Shown: positions 49,158-59,265 of the stretch, one piece after another
How positions within the stretch are numbered: the first letter of the stretch is position 1
Layout of the letters: each line of letters begins with the position of its first letter
Source: an uncultured delta proteobacterium
GTDB lineage: Bacteria > Desulfobacterota > BSN033 > UBA1163
Direction: 5' to 3'
DNA length: 64,000 nucleotides
NCBI GenBank assembly: GCA_963708295.1
Contig: CAVPSJ010000004.1
Coordinates: forward strand, 1 to 64,000
Made by a program: the position numbers and the translations under genes
Notes under the pieces: model-generated
Databases searched by the model: none
Seen by the model: only the letters and a program-made list of their open reading frames with translations
What the model was told of the DNA's origin: nothing

Positions 49158-50828
49158 TCACGCTAATGGTTTTTCCGCGGCGGCATTTTTGCCCGCAATG
49201 CGGCCGAAGACAACGCATGTGGTCCAGCCGCAGCCCCCGTCTCGTTCCCATCCCTGGAGGTTTCCGATCATCTCGCCCGCGGAGTAAAGCCGCGGGATGA
49301 CCTGATCATGCCGATCCAGGACCTGCGAGTTGACGTTGATGCGCACCCCGCCGAGACTGGCATGCCGGTAATAAGTCTTGGGCATGGCATAGAAAGGCCC
49401 TGCCTCGATCCTCTGTTTCAAAAATCTCTTGAACTGGCCGAAATCCGCGTCATAGCCCTGGTCCACAAACTTGTTGTAGCGATCCACGGCGGCAACGAGG
49501 TTCGCGGCAGGGGTCTTAATGATTTCCGCAAGCTGCGGCAGGGTGTCCGCTGCGATGGCGCTTTTGGTCTCGAGGGCGCCCTTGAGATGAACCTTGTTGG
49601 CGGCGGTGGAATCGCAGATGCCCCACCATTGGTAGATCCCCTTCTCATGCAAAATGGTGAGCCGGGCTTGGCGGTAGACGCTCTGGTCGCCGCCTTCCAT
49701 CCAGAAGCGATTGCCCACGTTGTCGACGTCGATGTAGGTTCCGTCCTTGTCCGCGATGAGCGCGGACCCGGGACCGCTGAAGGCGATCGCCGATCCCTGC
49801 ATCCGGAGCTGCTGCATATTCAGGAGCGCGGCATCGGCACCGGCGTCCATAGCGGCCAGAAGAACCTCTCCGGTACATCCGGCCCCGGGCTTGCCGGTCG
49901 CCTGGCAGGAGGCCCGAACTGCCGGGTTCAAACGGGGGTCGTAGCGGTTACACAGCTTGCCATTGGCGGTAAAACCGCCCGCGGCGAGGACCACGGCCCG
50001 TTTGGCGCGGACGAAGATCTCTTTGTTCGCCGCGATGTCCTTGACCCTTACGCCGAGCACATCCCCCGATAGGCTGCCCTTCCGGATGATCTCCAACACT
50101 TCCATCTGGTTCAGGATCTCTGCCCCGCGTTTCTTGGCATGATCAGACAGACACATGATCCCTGCCTCTCCATTGAGGTAGTCCAGGTATTTTCCCCCGG
50201 TGTGCTGTCTGCCCTTGGTGTAAACTCCCTGCCACGCGCCGTCGACGAAGGGGGTGTTCCAAAGCATGTTCATACGCATCGATTGGGGACTCTCAGGCAT
50301 TGGATTGGGACCAAGGCTGTGGTAAACCGCGATGCCGTTATGTGTGAATCCGAGGTTAGTCAGCCAATTGTATGCATCGAATGACTGCTCGACGAAGATG
50401 CGCACAAGCGCCGCATCGTTCAGGTACCCGCCCAGCAATAACTTTTCCCTGATGAAAAGATCCGTGGAATCGTTGCCATACCAATAGGGATCCTTCTCTG
50501 CGCCCTTCCGCTGCTCGGGCGAGTTGAGCGTACCGTAGTTTCCAAAGCTCATTCTGGAGGTGCCGCCGATGGCTGGCAATTTTTCGAGAACGATCACCTT
50601 CGCTTTGCTGCCTGCGGCCTCAACGGCTGCCGACAATCCTGACGCTCCCGATCCGACAATGACCACATCGGTTTCCCGGTCCCATTTCTTCCTTCCAGAT
50701 CCGGGGGTAGTCTTTGATTCCACCGTCCTGCCCAGCATGGCCACGCCTGCAAGAGCTCCCCCGGCGACGGTGGCGCCCTTCATGAAGCCTCTCCGTGTAA
50801 TTCCTTTTTGACCCCTTGTCTGTCTCAT
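49158..50828 (-). CDS. Tat-exported flavocytochrome c flavin subunit (FccA-family reductase, substrate unknown)
   Basis: TRRGFMK Tat signal, DVVIVGSGASG, VVLAAGGF, GPFYA, LYSAGE. Confidence 0.92.
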   Translation of the reverse strand: MRQTRGQKGITRRGFMKGATVAGGALAGVAMLGRTVESKTTPGSGRKKWDRETDVVIVGSGASGLSAAVEAAGSKAKVIVLEKLPAIGGTSRMSFGNYGTLNSPEQRKGAEKDPYWYGNDSTDLFIREKLLLGGYLNDAALVRIFVEQSFDAYNWLTNLGFTHNGIAVYHSLGPNPMPESPQSMRMNMLWNTPFVDGAWQGVYTKGRQHTGGKYLDYLNGEAGIMCLSDHAKKRGAEILNQMEVLEIIRKGSLSGDVLGVRVKDIAANKEIFVRAKRAVVLAAGGFTANGKLCNRYDPRLNPAVRASCQATGKPGAGCTGEVLLAAMDAGADAALLNMQQLRMQGSAIAFSGPGSALIADKDGTYIDVDNVGNRFWMEGGDQSVYRQARLTILHEKGIYQWWGICDSTAANKVHLKGALETKSAIAADTLPQLAEIIKTPAANLVAAVDRYNKFVDQGYDADFGQFKRFLKQRIEAGPFYAMPKTYYRHASLGGVRINVNSQVLDRHDQVIPRLYSAGEMIGNLQGWERDGGCGWTTCVVFGRIAGKNAAAEKPLA

Positions 50829-51120
50829 GCTTTCCTCCTTTCCATTTCAACGGCTTGTTATGGTTTCCAGGTTTGCGTTCTTCAAGCTCTTATGGGTACC
50901 CTCATCAATTATGTTTGTTTGTAATATACACCTTCTTAAGAAATTAATTAAGGGAAAATTTCAAGGCAGTAAAAGGGGATTGAGAATAGCGACTTATATA
51001 TTCAACGGCGAGATGATCTGGAAGTTGACGATTACCGGAGGAAACAAACAAAAACCGCAGCGCCATTTCTGACACTGCCTTAACCGTTTAAGGGTTGAAT
51101 ATTTGCCTATTCGTTCATTC

Positions 51121-51357
51121 TCAGTCGGTTATTATTGAGAGGATATCAATCCAAAGGATTCTACCTGAAAGATTGTCTATGGCCACCCTCTTGAAAAACA
51201 TGTTCGTGTAATCCACACTGTCGCCTAAGAGCGATTTCCCCCAATTCAGAACGGAGTCTTTCGTTGCCCTCGTTGGGTTCTTTCTTCTTTCCGGGAGAAC
51301 CCCGATGAACTCATATCCTTTTTTCTCGTTGAAAGTGTATAGCTCGTAAGCCAGCAT
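51121..51357 (-). CDS. Small hypothetical protein (IGVLPERRKNP motif)
   Basis: 78-aa ORF preceded by a sigma-54-like promoter. Confidence 0.65.
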   Translation of the reverse strand: MLAYELYTFNEKKGYEFIGVLPERRKNPTRATKDSVLNWGKSLLGDSVDYTNMFFKRVAIDNLSGRILWIDILSIITD

Positions 51358-51426
51358 AGGCGAACAGGGGGCTAAAACGGTTATTCCCCGGATTCAGTTC
51401 CAAGATTTCTTCTACATTCTAGTGTG

Positions 51427-51443
51427 TGCATTTTCGATGCCGA
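51427..51443 (-). promoter_or_regulatory. Sigma-54-like promoter
   Basis: Minus strand TCGGCATCGAAAATGCA (GG-N10-GC). Confidence 0.5.
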
Positions 51444-51762
51444 GTCTCGGCTATCATCATAAGTTCTCATAACCATTCTGTCTTTCCGAAGCCTCAATAT
51501 TTCTAACGAAGCGCAAGAGAGAAAGAGGTTTACACAAAAGTCTCGAATTATTTCCCTAAAAATGTGAAAAAAGGTTCCTGATTTCTATCGGAGATTTGTG
51601 GAGTCTATCAGGAGGTTATGAAAAAGTTGCAAATTGTTTGGACGATTTGCGAAATGGGCGGCACGAAGTCCGTTTCTCTAACCTGCTTGTGAAAAGATTG
51701 CGGCGGATTCACAACTGATACCAACTGCAGAATTCTTTTACCAACAAGGTTCAATATTTAAT

Positions 51763-52346
51763 TTAGCCATTTGTTTGGGGGCAGATGGGATTTCCATTCA
51801 ACAAAACCCCGAGTCTGTTGACTCCATGTGAAAAATCTTTATGCCCTGTTATGCATTCTCCGTAGAATGGCTTAAATTCAAGCACATAGGATTGACCTTC
51901 CTCCATCGTGACATCGAATTTTACAAAAGTGTCTTCTTCCGGAAGACCGAAAAAAATCTTGTGCAAGCCGGCAGAGAGCGTCAGTTTCCTCTCAAGAATA
52001 TACCTTAATCCCTCCCCATGCTCGGGCCTTGTTTTTTCATTCTCATCTTTTTGCCCACCGACTCGCCATGTGGCCGCTTGTCCATCAATATTTATAAGGA
52101 ATGGGTAACTGGGTCCAAGAATGCCACCTCTTGCCCCGGAAGAAATTGTCTTTCAAGTTTCGTTTTAATAGATGTCCTGATGCGCAACTCCGCCATCCCT
52201 GAGGGGATCGGTTCTTTAGGTGACTCGCTAAAAACGTCCCTTCTTTCGCTTCGAGATTTTACTCTTATCTCCTTTGATGCTGCTGTACAACCCAGAAGAA
52301 TAATTCCACATAACACCAATGCTGAATATCTTGCCAAAGTACTCAT
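51763..52346 (-). CDS. Lipoprotein downstream of the RND pump (frameshift near 52150)
   Basis: LLGC lipobox; continues YPFLINIDGQA..GEGLRYILERKL..GLHKIFFGLPEE. Confidence 0.7.
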
Positions 52347-52441
52347 ATTGATGTTCCTTTCTATAGGACGGGAACTATTATTTCGTGAACGCATAATGCC
52401 GCTATTTCGTATCTCATTTTCTCCTGCCCTCCAGCGTAGTT

Positions 52442-55400
52442 TTATATCCCCGCCTCCGTTTGCTTCTTTTCAAACCAGCCATAAATCGAAGGGATGAGCA
52501 ACAGCGTTAGAAGCGTGGAGGTTATCAATCCCCCGACTACGACAGTTGCAAGGGGTTTCTGTATTTCAGAACCCGCTCCACTGGCGTAAAGCATCGGTAT
52601 CAAGCTGAATATGGCTATTGATGCAGTCATGATCACCGGACGCAATCTGTCAGCACTCCCTTTGAGAATGGCCTGTGTGAGGTCTAACCCTTCCTCACTG
52701 CGCAATTGGGAAATGCGGGATACCAGAACGACTCCGTTTAACACGGCCACTCCGAAGAGTACGATAAACCCGACTGAAGCCGGAACCGACAGGTACAAGC
52801 CGGAAATCCAAAGCGAGAACACGCCACCGATCAAAGCGAAAGGCAGGTTGCAAATTACCAGGAGGGCCAGTTTTATCGATCGGAACGTTGCAAAGAGAAG
52901 AAGCAGAATCAATCCGATTGCGATGGGTCCGATGATCATCATTTTAGCCATCGCCCGTTGCTGGTTTTCAAACTGCCCTCCCCAGGTGACGTAATACCCC
53001 GAGGGCAGCTTCACGTTTTCTGCTATCTTCCGTTTCGCTTCTGCGACAAAACCGCCGATGTCTCTTCCTTCTAGGTTGAGCTCGATTCCAATCCTTCGTA
53101 AACCGTCCTCCCTGCTTATCTGTGCCGGTCCTTCCGTGAGAGAGATCTTCGCCAGTTGACTGAGGGGGACGTTCGGACCCCCATCTGTAGGTGCCAGGAT
53201 GTTCCCGATCGTCTCCACTGAATTCCTGTTTTCCTCCGGCAGACGAACCGTAATATCAAAACTCCTGTTCTCTTCATAGAATTTGGATGCGGACTTGCCC
53301 CCTATCGCAATTTCCACGATGTTTTGAATATCGCTTATGTTCAATCCGTAGCGCGCGATTTTGGCCCTGTCTATTTCGATGGTGAGATACGGCTGCCCGG
53401 TCACCTTTTCCGTAAGCAAGTCGGTTGCGCCTTCAATTTTGGCGAGCACCCGAGCGATTTCATCGGATTTCGATTTCAACATCCCCATGTCCTCGCCAAA
53501 AAGTCTCAAAATGATCTGGGCCCGGGTTCCAGCCACGAGCTCATCGATTCTGCACTGAACGGGCTGGCTAAACCCGAATCCTATTCCCGGAATCGTTTCG
53601 ATGGCATCTCTCATCCTGGCCGTCAATTCCTCCCGGTCCAGGCCGTTTTTCCATTCCTTTTTCGGCTTCAACACACCAACGTATCCGGTTTTATCAACAC
53701 CCCGCGTGTCCAGGGCTACCCCGGTTTGTCCTGTTCGCGAGACCACCGTGTCCAATTCCGGGAACGCCTTCAGTTTTTCACCTATGAGTTTGTTTATCTC
53801 CATCGCCTTATCCAGGGAAACACCGGGCAGAAGAGATACGTCCATATCAAAAGCGCCTTCATCCATGGTTGGTATGAATTCCGTTCCCAGCCGCGAGATA
53901 ATGATGAGAGACAAGGCAAGGAAAAGACCCGCAGCGGCAAGGACCAGTTTTCTCTTTTTCATGCTCTTCATGAGCACGGGCAAATACAGATTCTTTAGAC
54001 CTCTCATGATGAAGCTTTCTTTTTCCGGCTGAGGTTTTAGTATGATTGAACACAAGACCGGAATAACGAAAATGGACAATACCAGGGATGAGAGAAGGGC
54101 AATGGCGACCGTCGTCGCAAGCGGTCCGAACATCTTTCCTTCAATCCCTTCCAGGGCAAGAATGGGAATGAACGTAATCGCTATGATCAGCTCACCGAGA
54201 ATGCTCGGCTTTCTTACTTCAAGGACTGCCTTCAGCACGGTAGCAAGGGTTTTAGCCCCATGCCCGCCCTCACTGAGGTGCCTCTGTACGTTCTCCACCT
54301 GAATGATGGTTGCGTCTATGATCATACCGATTGAAATGGCCAACCCGCCAAGAGACATCAAGTTGGCGCTCAATCCGCCGATTCTCATGACAATGAATGT
54401 GGACAGCAAAGAGAGCGGAAGCGCAATCAACACGACAAAGGAAGCCCTGAAGCTTCTGAGCAGGAGATAAAGAACGATCAGCACAAGAAAGGCGCCTTCG
54501 AGCAGCGCTTTGGTGACTGTGGCAACGCTTGCATTCACGATGTCTGAACGATCGTAATAGGGGACGATCCGGATCCCCTTCGGCAGAATATTGTTCTCGT
54601 TTATTTCCTTGACCTTTTTCTTGACCCGTTCGACGACTTCGCGGCTGTTCTCTCCTCGAAGCATCATCACAATTCCGCCGACCGCCTCGTCCTTTCCGTT
54701 GATCAGGGCTGCGCCCTGCCGTACGGCTTGGCCGATCCTTACTTGAGCGACATCCTTCAGGTATGTCGGCGTTCCTCCGTGGGATTTTAGAACGATATTC
54801 TCGATGTCGGCCGTATCCTTAATCAGTCCAACTCCTCGAACGATATACTGGTCCGAGTGTTTTTCCATCACATTTCCTCCGGCATTCTGGTTATTCCTCT
54901 CGATCGCAGCGTATACCTGGTCGACAGAAATGTTATGCCTCAAGAGCCTTTGCGGGAAAACAACGACTTGATATTCTTTGAAATAGCCGCCGTAGGAATT
55001 TACTTCATTGACTCCCGGAACGTTTTTTAGCAACGGGTTGATGGTCCATTCCTGAATCGTCCTCAGATCCGTCAAATACGCTATTCGCTCCTGCGGGTCA
55101 TCGGGCATTCTGCCATCAAGGTTGAACTGATAGATCTCCCCCATTGCTGTCGCGATGGGTCCCATGGTGACCTCTGCGCCTTTGGGAACGTTCTCCTTCG
55201 CTTCGGCAAGTCTCTCAAACACAAGTTGCCGGGCAAAGTAGATATCGACATTGTCTTCAAAGACAATGGTCACCAGGGAAAGGCCGAACTTGGTGACCGA
55301 GCGCATCTGCTTAACCTTGGGCAGCCCGCGCATGGCCATTTCAATGGGATAGGTTACTGAACGCTCAATTTCTATCGCAGAAAGCCCGCTCGCACGGCCT

Positions 55401-55549
55401 ACGACTTCCACCTGGATGTTCGTTACGTCGGGAAAGGCGTCGATGGGGAGCTTCATATAGGAGTAGACTCCAAATACGACCAGGAGAAGCGAGAAAACGA
55501 TAACCGTCCCTTTCTGCCTGAGCACCGATGCAATGATCCTTTCCAACAT
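52442..55549 (-). CDS. czcA: CzcA/CusA heavy-metal efflux RND permease
   Basis: LPIDAFPDVTNIQV, ANLMSLGGLAISIGMIIDA, RLRPVIMTA. Confidence 0.93.
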   Translation of the reverse strand: MLERIIASVLRQKGTVIVFSLLLVVFGVYSYMKLPIDAFPDVTNIQVEVVGRASGLSAIEIERSVTYPIEMAMRGLPKVKQMRSVTKFGLSLVTIVFEDNVDIYFARQLVFERLAEAKENVPKGAEVTMGPIATAMGEIYQFNLDGRMPDDPQERIAYLTDLRTIQEWTINPLLKNVPGVNEVNSYGGYFKEYQVVVFPQRLLRHNISVDQVYAAIERNNQNAGGNVMEKHSDQYIVRGVGLIKDTADIENIVLKSHGGTPTYLKDVAQVRIGQAVRQGAALINGKDEAVGGIVMMLRGENSREVVERVKKKVKEINENNILPKGIRIVPYYDRSDIVNASVATVTKALLEGAFLVLIVLYLLLRSFRASFVVLIALPLSLLSTFIVMRIGGLSANLMSLGGLAISIGMIIDATIIQVENVQRHLSEGGHGAKTLATVLKAVLEVRKPSILGELIIAITFIPILALEGIEGKMFGPLATTVAIALLSSLVLSIFVIPVLCSIILKPQPEKESFIMRGLKNLYLPVLMKSMKKRKLVLAAAGLFLALSLIIISRLGTEFIPTMDEGAFDMDVSLLPGVSLDKAMEINKLIGEKLKAFPELDTVVSRTGQTGVALDTRGVDKTGYVGVLKPKKEWKNGLDREELTARMRDAIETIPGIGFGFSQPVQCRIDELVAGTRAQIILRLFGEDMGMLKSKSDEIARVLAKIEGATDLLTEKVTGQPYLTIEIDRAKIARYGLNISDIQNIVEIAIGGKSASKFYEENRSFDITVRLPEENRNSVETIGNILAPTDGGPNVPLSQLAKISLTEGPAQISREDGLRRIGIELNLEGRDIGGFVAEAKRKIAENVKLPSGYYVTWGGQFENQQRAMAKMMIIGPIAIGLILLLLFATFRSIKLALLVICNLPFALIGGVFSLWISGLYLSVPASVGFIVLFGVAVLNGVVLVSRISQLRSEEGLDLTQAILKGSADRLRPVIMTASIAIFSLIPMLYASGAGSEIQKPLATVVVGGLITSTLLTLLLIPSIYGWFEKKQTEAGI

Positions 55550-55680
55550 AACTATTCCCTCTATCTAATCCTCCCCTTTGGCGATTCTGATTTTCTTTGG
55601 GTCAACAGAAAGTACCCGGCCGCCGCTCGAAGTTCTTCTATTGATGCCCGATCGTTGTAATTGGCTGCATGCCGTACTTT

Positions 55681-56913
55681 CTACTCAGCCTGGAGCGTCT
55701 CCTTCTTGAGCTCCGATTTGAGCGTGAAAACACCCTGGGTGATCACCGCCTCTCCTGCTTTCAGCCCTTCCTTAATCTCGATCCTTTGGCCCGAGGCAGG
55801 GCCCACGGAAACTCGTCGCGCAACGAACCTTTCATCTCCTTCTTGAACAAAGACGTACCTTTCCGAGCCGTCAAGAAAGACCGCCTCTTCGGGAACGGCA
55901 ATGACTTTTCGAGCGCCGGAGTCTTTGCCGGGGTCTATCGAAGCCGTTGCAAACATCCCCAGCTTCAAAAGCCCGCTTGAATTGTCGACTGTCACCCTTG
56001 CCTTTGCCGTGCGGGTCTTTTCGTTGATCATATCTCCCGTATAAGAAATTTTTCCTCTAAAGGCTCTTCCCGGAAACGCGGTGACCGAGACGGTCGCGGC
56101 CATGCCAGATCGTATAGAACCTACGTCTTTTTCAAGTATGTCAATGACTACCCAGACGGTTGACAGATCGGCAACGACAAAGAGGATCTTGTCAGGGCTG
56201 ACAATCTCACCCTGGGAGACGTTTTTTTCTATAACAACGCCGGCTATGGGTGAAGAGATGGGAACGAGGGGGTCCTCGCCGTTCGTTTTTTTCTCCTCAA
56301 ACTGCGATATATTGATGCCGAGAATACGAAACTTCTCCTTCGCAAGGTTGAGGTCTGCTTCAGTCTCTTTTAATTCCTGCCTTGCCTTGAGAACATCCTT
56401 CTCGGGGCACACCCTTTTATCAAAGAGCGTCTCCTCCCGTTTCAGGTTTGTCTGGGCAAGATCGAGCCTGCTCTTTGTCTTTAAGTAATCTGCCCATGCC
56501 ATATCGATCTCCGGGCTGTCAAAATAGGCAAGCGGCTGATGGGATCCCACCCTGTCACCCTGAGAGCCATTGACTTTTACAATCTTGCCTGACATTCTTG
56601 GGCTGATCTTCGAGATTCGGTCGGCATTCAACTCGATAACCGCCGTTGCGAAAATAGGAATTGACAGCTCCTCAGGACTGGCTTTTGCGGTCTTTACGCC
56701 GAATTCTTTCTGCTTTTCCTGAGAAAGAGTGACGACGCCTTCTTCCTTCCTTTTTTTCTCTTCCTTTCCTGCTTTTTCCTCTTTTTGTATTTCTGCGGGT
56801 GAGGCTCTTTTTGTGTCCTTCACATCAAACCCCTTGCCGCCTAAGAAAATGACCCCTGATAAGATCATTATCCCGGCCATGACGATTGGAAAACCTTTTC
56901 GTACCGTTTTCAT
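55681..56913 (-). CDS. CzcB-like membrane fusion protein
   Basis: SPIAGVV, VADLSTVWV, TRTAKARV, GLKAGE. Confidence 0.92.
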   Translation of the reverse strand: MKTVRKGFPIVMAGIMILSGVIFLGGKGFDVKDTKRASPAEIQKEEKAGKEEKKRKEEGVVTLSQEKQKEFGVKTAKASPEELSIPIFATAVIELNADRISKISPRMSGKIVKVNGSQGDRVGSHQPLAYFDSPEIDMAWADYLKTKSRLDLAQTNLKREETLFDKRVCPEKDVLKARQELKETEADLNLAKEKFRILGINISQFEEKKTNGEDPLVPISSPIAGVVIEKNVSQGEIVSPDKILFVVADLSTVWVVIDILEKDVGSIRSGMAATVSVTAFPGRAFRGKISYTGDMINEKTRTAKARVTVDNSSGLLKLGMFATASIDPGKDSGARKVIAVPEEAVFLDGSERYVFVQEGDERFVARRVSVGPASGQRIEIKEGLKAGEAVITQGVFTLKSELKKETLQAE

Positions 56914-58148
56914 CTCAGGTCACCTCCAATTATTCTCTTTATTCCATTGATAGAAGACTGTGCCCTAAGCAGGGCGTCTACGTATGCGAACTGGATATCC
57001 AGGGCATCTTTTTGAGCCAGCCTGACGTCATAGAAACCGACCTTTCCTTCCCTGAAGGCCAGGTTGAGTAAGTCAAGATTCTCGAGCGCTTTGTTGAGCA
57101 TCTCCTTCTTGTAGAGCTCCACTTCTTTATAGGAGGAAACCAGGTTAGCGTAGCCCTCCTCTATTTCCCTTTCGACGATTCTCTTAACGTTTGGATATCT
57201 TATGGTTGCCTGTTCCGATCTGATTTTGGCTATTTTCCTTTCCGCCTGCTTTTGGTCAATGAGCGGAAGAGGTATCGAAACGATCAGCCCTCCTGTATTC
57301 CTCAGTTCGTCCCTCTGATAAAACGCCGAAACTGTGACGTTTGGAATAGCTTCCTTCTTTGCCAGGTGGATTGCCGAACGGGTCTTTTCTTCCTCGATTT
57401 GCGAAGCCTTGAGGTCGGGTCGGTTGGCAAGAGCGCTTTCTTTGAGTCCTTCCTTATCCCGCAACCCGAGCACCTCACTTAATATCTCTCCCTCGATTTT
57501 GAAATCGACATCAGGCTTGTGGCCCATGATATCCTGGAGAATTAAGATAGATTCTTTGTATTCCCTCTCAGCTGAAAGAAGTTCTGTTCTTGCCTTGCCC
57601 AATTCCAGCTCAGCGATGTTGATTTCAAGGCCTGATACGTCGCCAGCCTTGAGCTTTATCCTGGTGAATTCGAGAAGTTCTTCCTTTAACCTCACCGCCT
57701 CTTTTCTCAATTCCACTCTTCGCTTTGAAGCGAGCGCCCTTGCAAAAGCGTTTCTGGCTTCAGAAGTGATAATCCTTTCCTTGTCTCTTATCTCAAGGCT
57801 AACTCTCTGGATCTCTTTTCCAGCTACGTCGATCCTGAAACCTCTCTGCCCTGCGATCTCGAACTCCTGGGAAAGCGTTACCCCGTAGTCCGTAAAGGTA
57901 TGCTGAACGTCACCCCCTTTGCCTTTTGCGACGACATTACTTTCCACTGTGGGGTTTGCAATCAAAGGGAGCCTCGCTTTCTGCAGCTGGGCCTTCGCAA
58001 TTTCTTCCTCAAGTCTTAGCGACCTAAGATCCGGATTTTGTCGAAGGGTGTACTCGACGATTTCATCCAGGGTCGCCGATTGAGTTACGGAGGAAAAACA
58101 AACATAGAAAACGATAACTAATAGAAAAATGAACGCACTTCTCATCAT
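56910..58148 (-). CDS. CzcC/TolC outer membrane factor
   Basis: NPDL, SQEFEIAGQR, RPDL, SIPLPL. Confidence 0.9.
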   Translation of the reverse strand: MMRSAFIFLLVIVFYVCFSSVTQSATLDEIVEYTLRQNPDLRSLRLEEEIAKAQLQKARLPLIANPTVESNVVAKGKGGDVQHTFTDYGVTLSQEFEIAGQRGFRIDVAGKEIQRVSLEIRDKERIITSEARNAFARALASKRRVELRKEAVRLKEELLEFTRIKLKAGDVSGLEINIAELELGKARTELLSAEREYKESILILQDIMGHKPDVDFKIEGEILSEVLGLRDKEGLKESALANRPDLKASQIEEEKTRSAIHLAKKEAIPNVTVSAFYQRDELRNTGGLIVSIPLPLIDQKQAERKIAKIRSEQATIRYPNVKRIVEREIEEGYANLVSSYKEVELYKKEMLNKALENLDLLNLAFREGKVGFYDVRLAQKDALDIQFAYVDALLRAQSSINGIKRIIGGDLR

Positions 58149-58305
58149 CAGCTCCTTAGACAGACTTTTGAAAATAATTCTACTGTCAAAGACTCAAGTC
58201 TCCATATCCATCCTTCTCCCCTGCAATCGTCACATCATACGGTGCAGCTGGAGTGATGGCGAATCGGCGTATGTAAAATCAGTTGTAACTTCTGAGCGAA
58301 GGGAG

Positions 58306-58590
58306 TTAATTCTGTGGCGGTTTATAGATGGGAAAAGACGGGCCGGAAAAGGTCGACAGGGTCGTGTCAATCTTTATAAGGGAAGATAAGAAAGGAATGT
58401 TGGAGATATGATAACTAATCATGCCGGCAGTGTTAAAACAATAAGAACAAAGGTGTTCCGGAGAGGACTTACCCTGAATGAGGGTCGAGCAGTCGCTGCA
58501 AGCAATGAGATCGAGTGAAGGGGCGAAAACAAACAAGACAAGCGGAAATAATAAAACAAACCATTTTGAGACTACGACAGATTTCCCCAT
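58306..58590 (-). CDS. CzcI/DUF2946-like Cys-rich leader protein with C-terminal KPP
   Basis: TM, CSDC, HLCSYC, ending PIYKPPQN; first gene of the czcCBA-like operon. Confidence 0.7.
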   Translation of the reverse strand: MGKSVVVSKWFVLLFPLVLFVFAPSLDLIACSDCSTLIQGKSSPEHLCSYCFNTAGMISYHISNIPFLSSLIKIDTTLSTFSGPSFPIYKPPQN

Positions 58591-58925
58591 GACGCACGAT
58601 CTCCGCACCTCAATACCTTCCTCTCACATTTGTGCAAATTTCAGCCTTGTTCAGGTTTTCTACTGCCACTACTAAAAAGTATGTAACATTAAATCATCCC
58701 CTGTCAAGAAGTAAACGGGGTGAAAAATGTATTTTCTTGAATGGGACACCTTATTTCTGTTGAATCGAGGCCGACCAGCTCGTAATGGAACTAAAATCAG
58801 CGGGTCATATGGAAGCGTAATTCTAAAAAGCGAGGATTTCAGAAACTACTCTTGCGCGGGTACTCTGGTAAAATCGGGGGATTCAATGCTTTTCCACTGT
58901 TGATTTTAATGCCGGTTTTTCCCTC

Positions 58926-59210
58926 TCAAGAATTCGAGATCAGAAGCTCGGTCACGGGCTTAGATTTCCGAGTCCAGAACCCACCCGTGTACATGTCTTC
59001 ACTTTCACGATTTTGAATCCTTTGAAGATCTCGCGGGGCTGTGGATGGTCGTTGATCGAGACAGTGAATTTTCCTTGTAGGGTCTTAAGAATACCGTTTA
59101 ATTTCGGGAATCCTCCCTCGGGAAGATCCCGTGGCCGTAACAGTTCAACAGGCCATCATACGGAGGATCGAGAGAGACGAACGCTTCCGTCTTTTCGATG
59201 TAGACCGTCA
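58926..59210 (-). pseudogene. C-terminal remnant of a Dam-like (D12 class) N6-adenine DNA methyltransferase
   Basis: EAFVSLDPPYDG..YGHGIFPRED / LKTLQGKFTVSINDHP..REIFKGFKI / KPVTELLISNS*, in three frames. Confidence 0.7.
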
Positions 59211-59265
59211 AATCCTCACCGCGTTTGCTTTCGGCAAACTCCCGGAAAAAGGCCTTCGCGTGAGG

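Noticed and set aside
58150-58305. NiCo (czcD) riboswitch ahead of czcC
   Set aside because: The four-way-junction conserved motifs are not recognisable.
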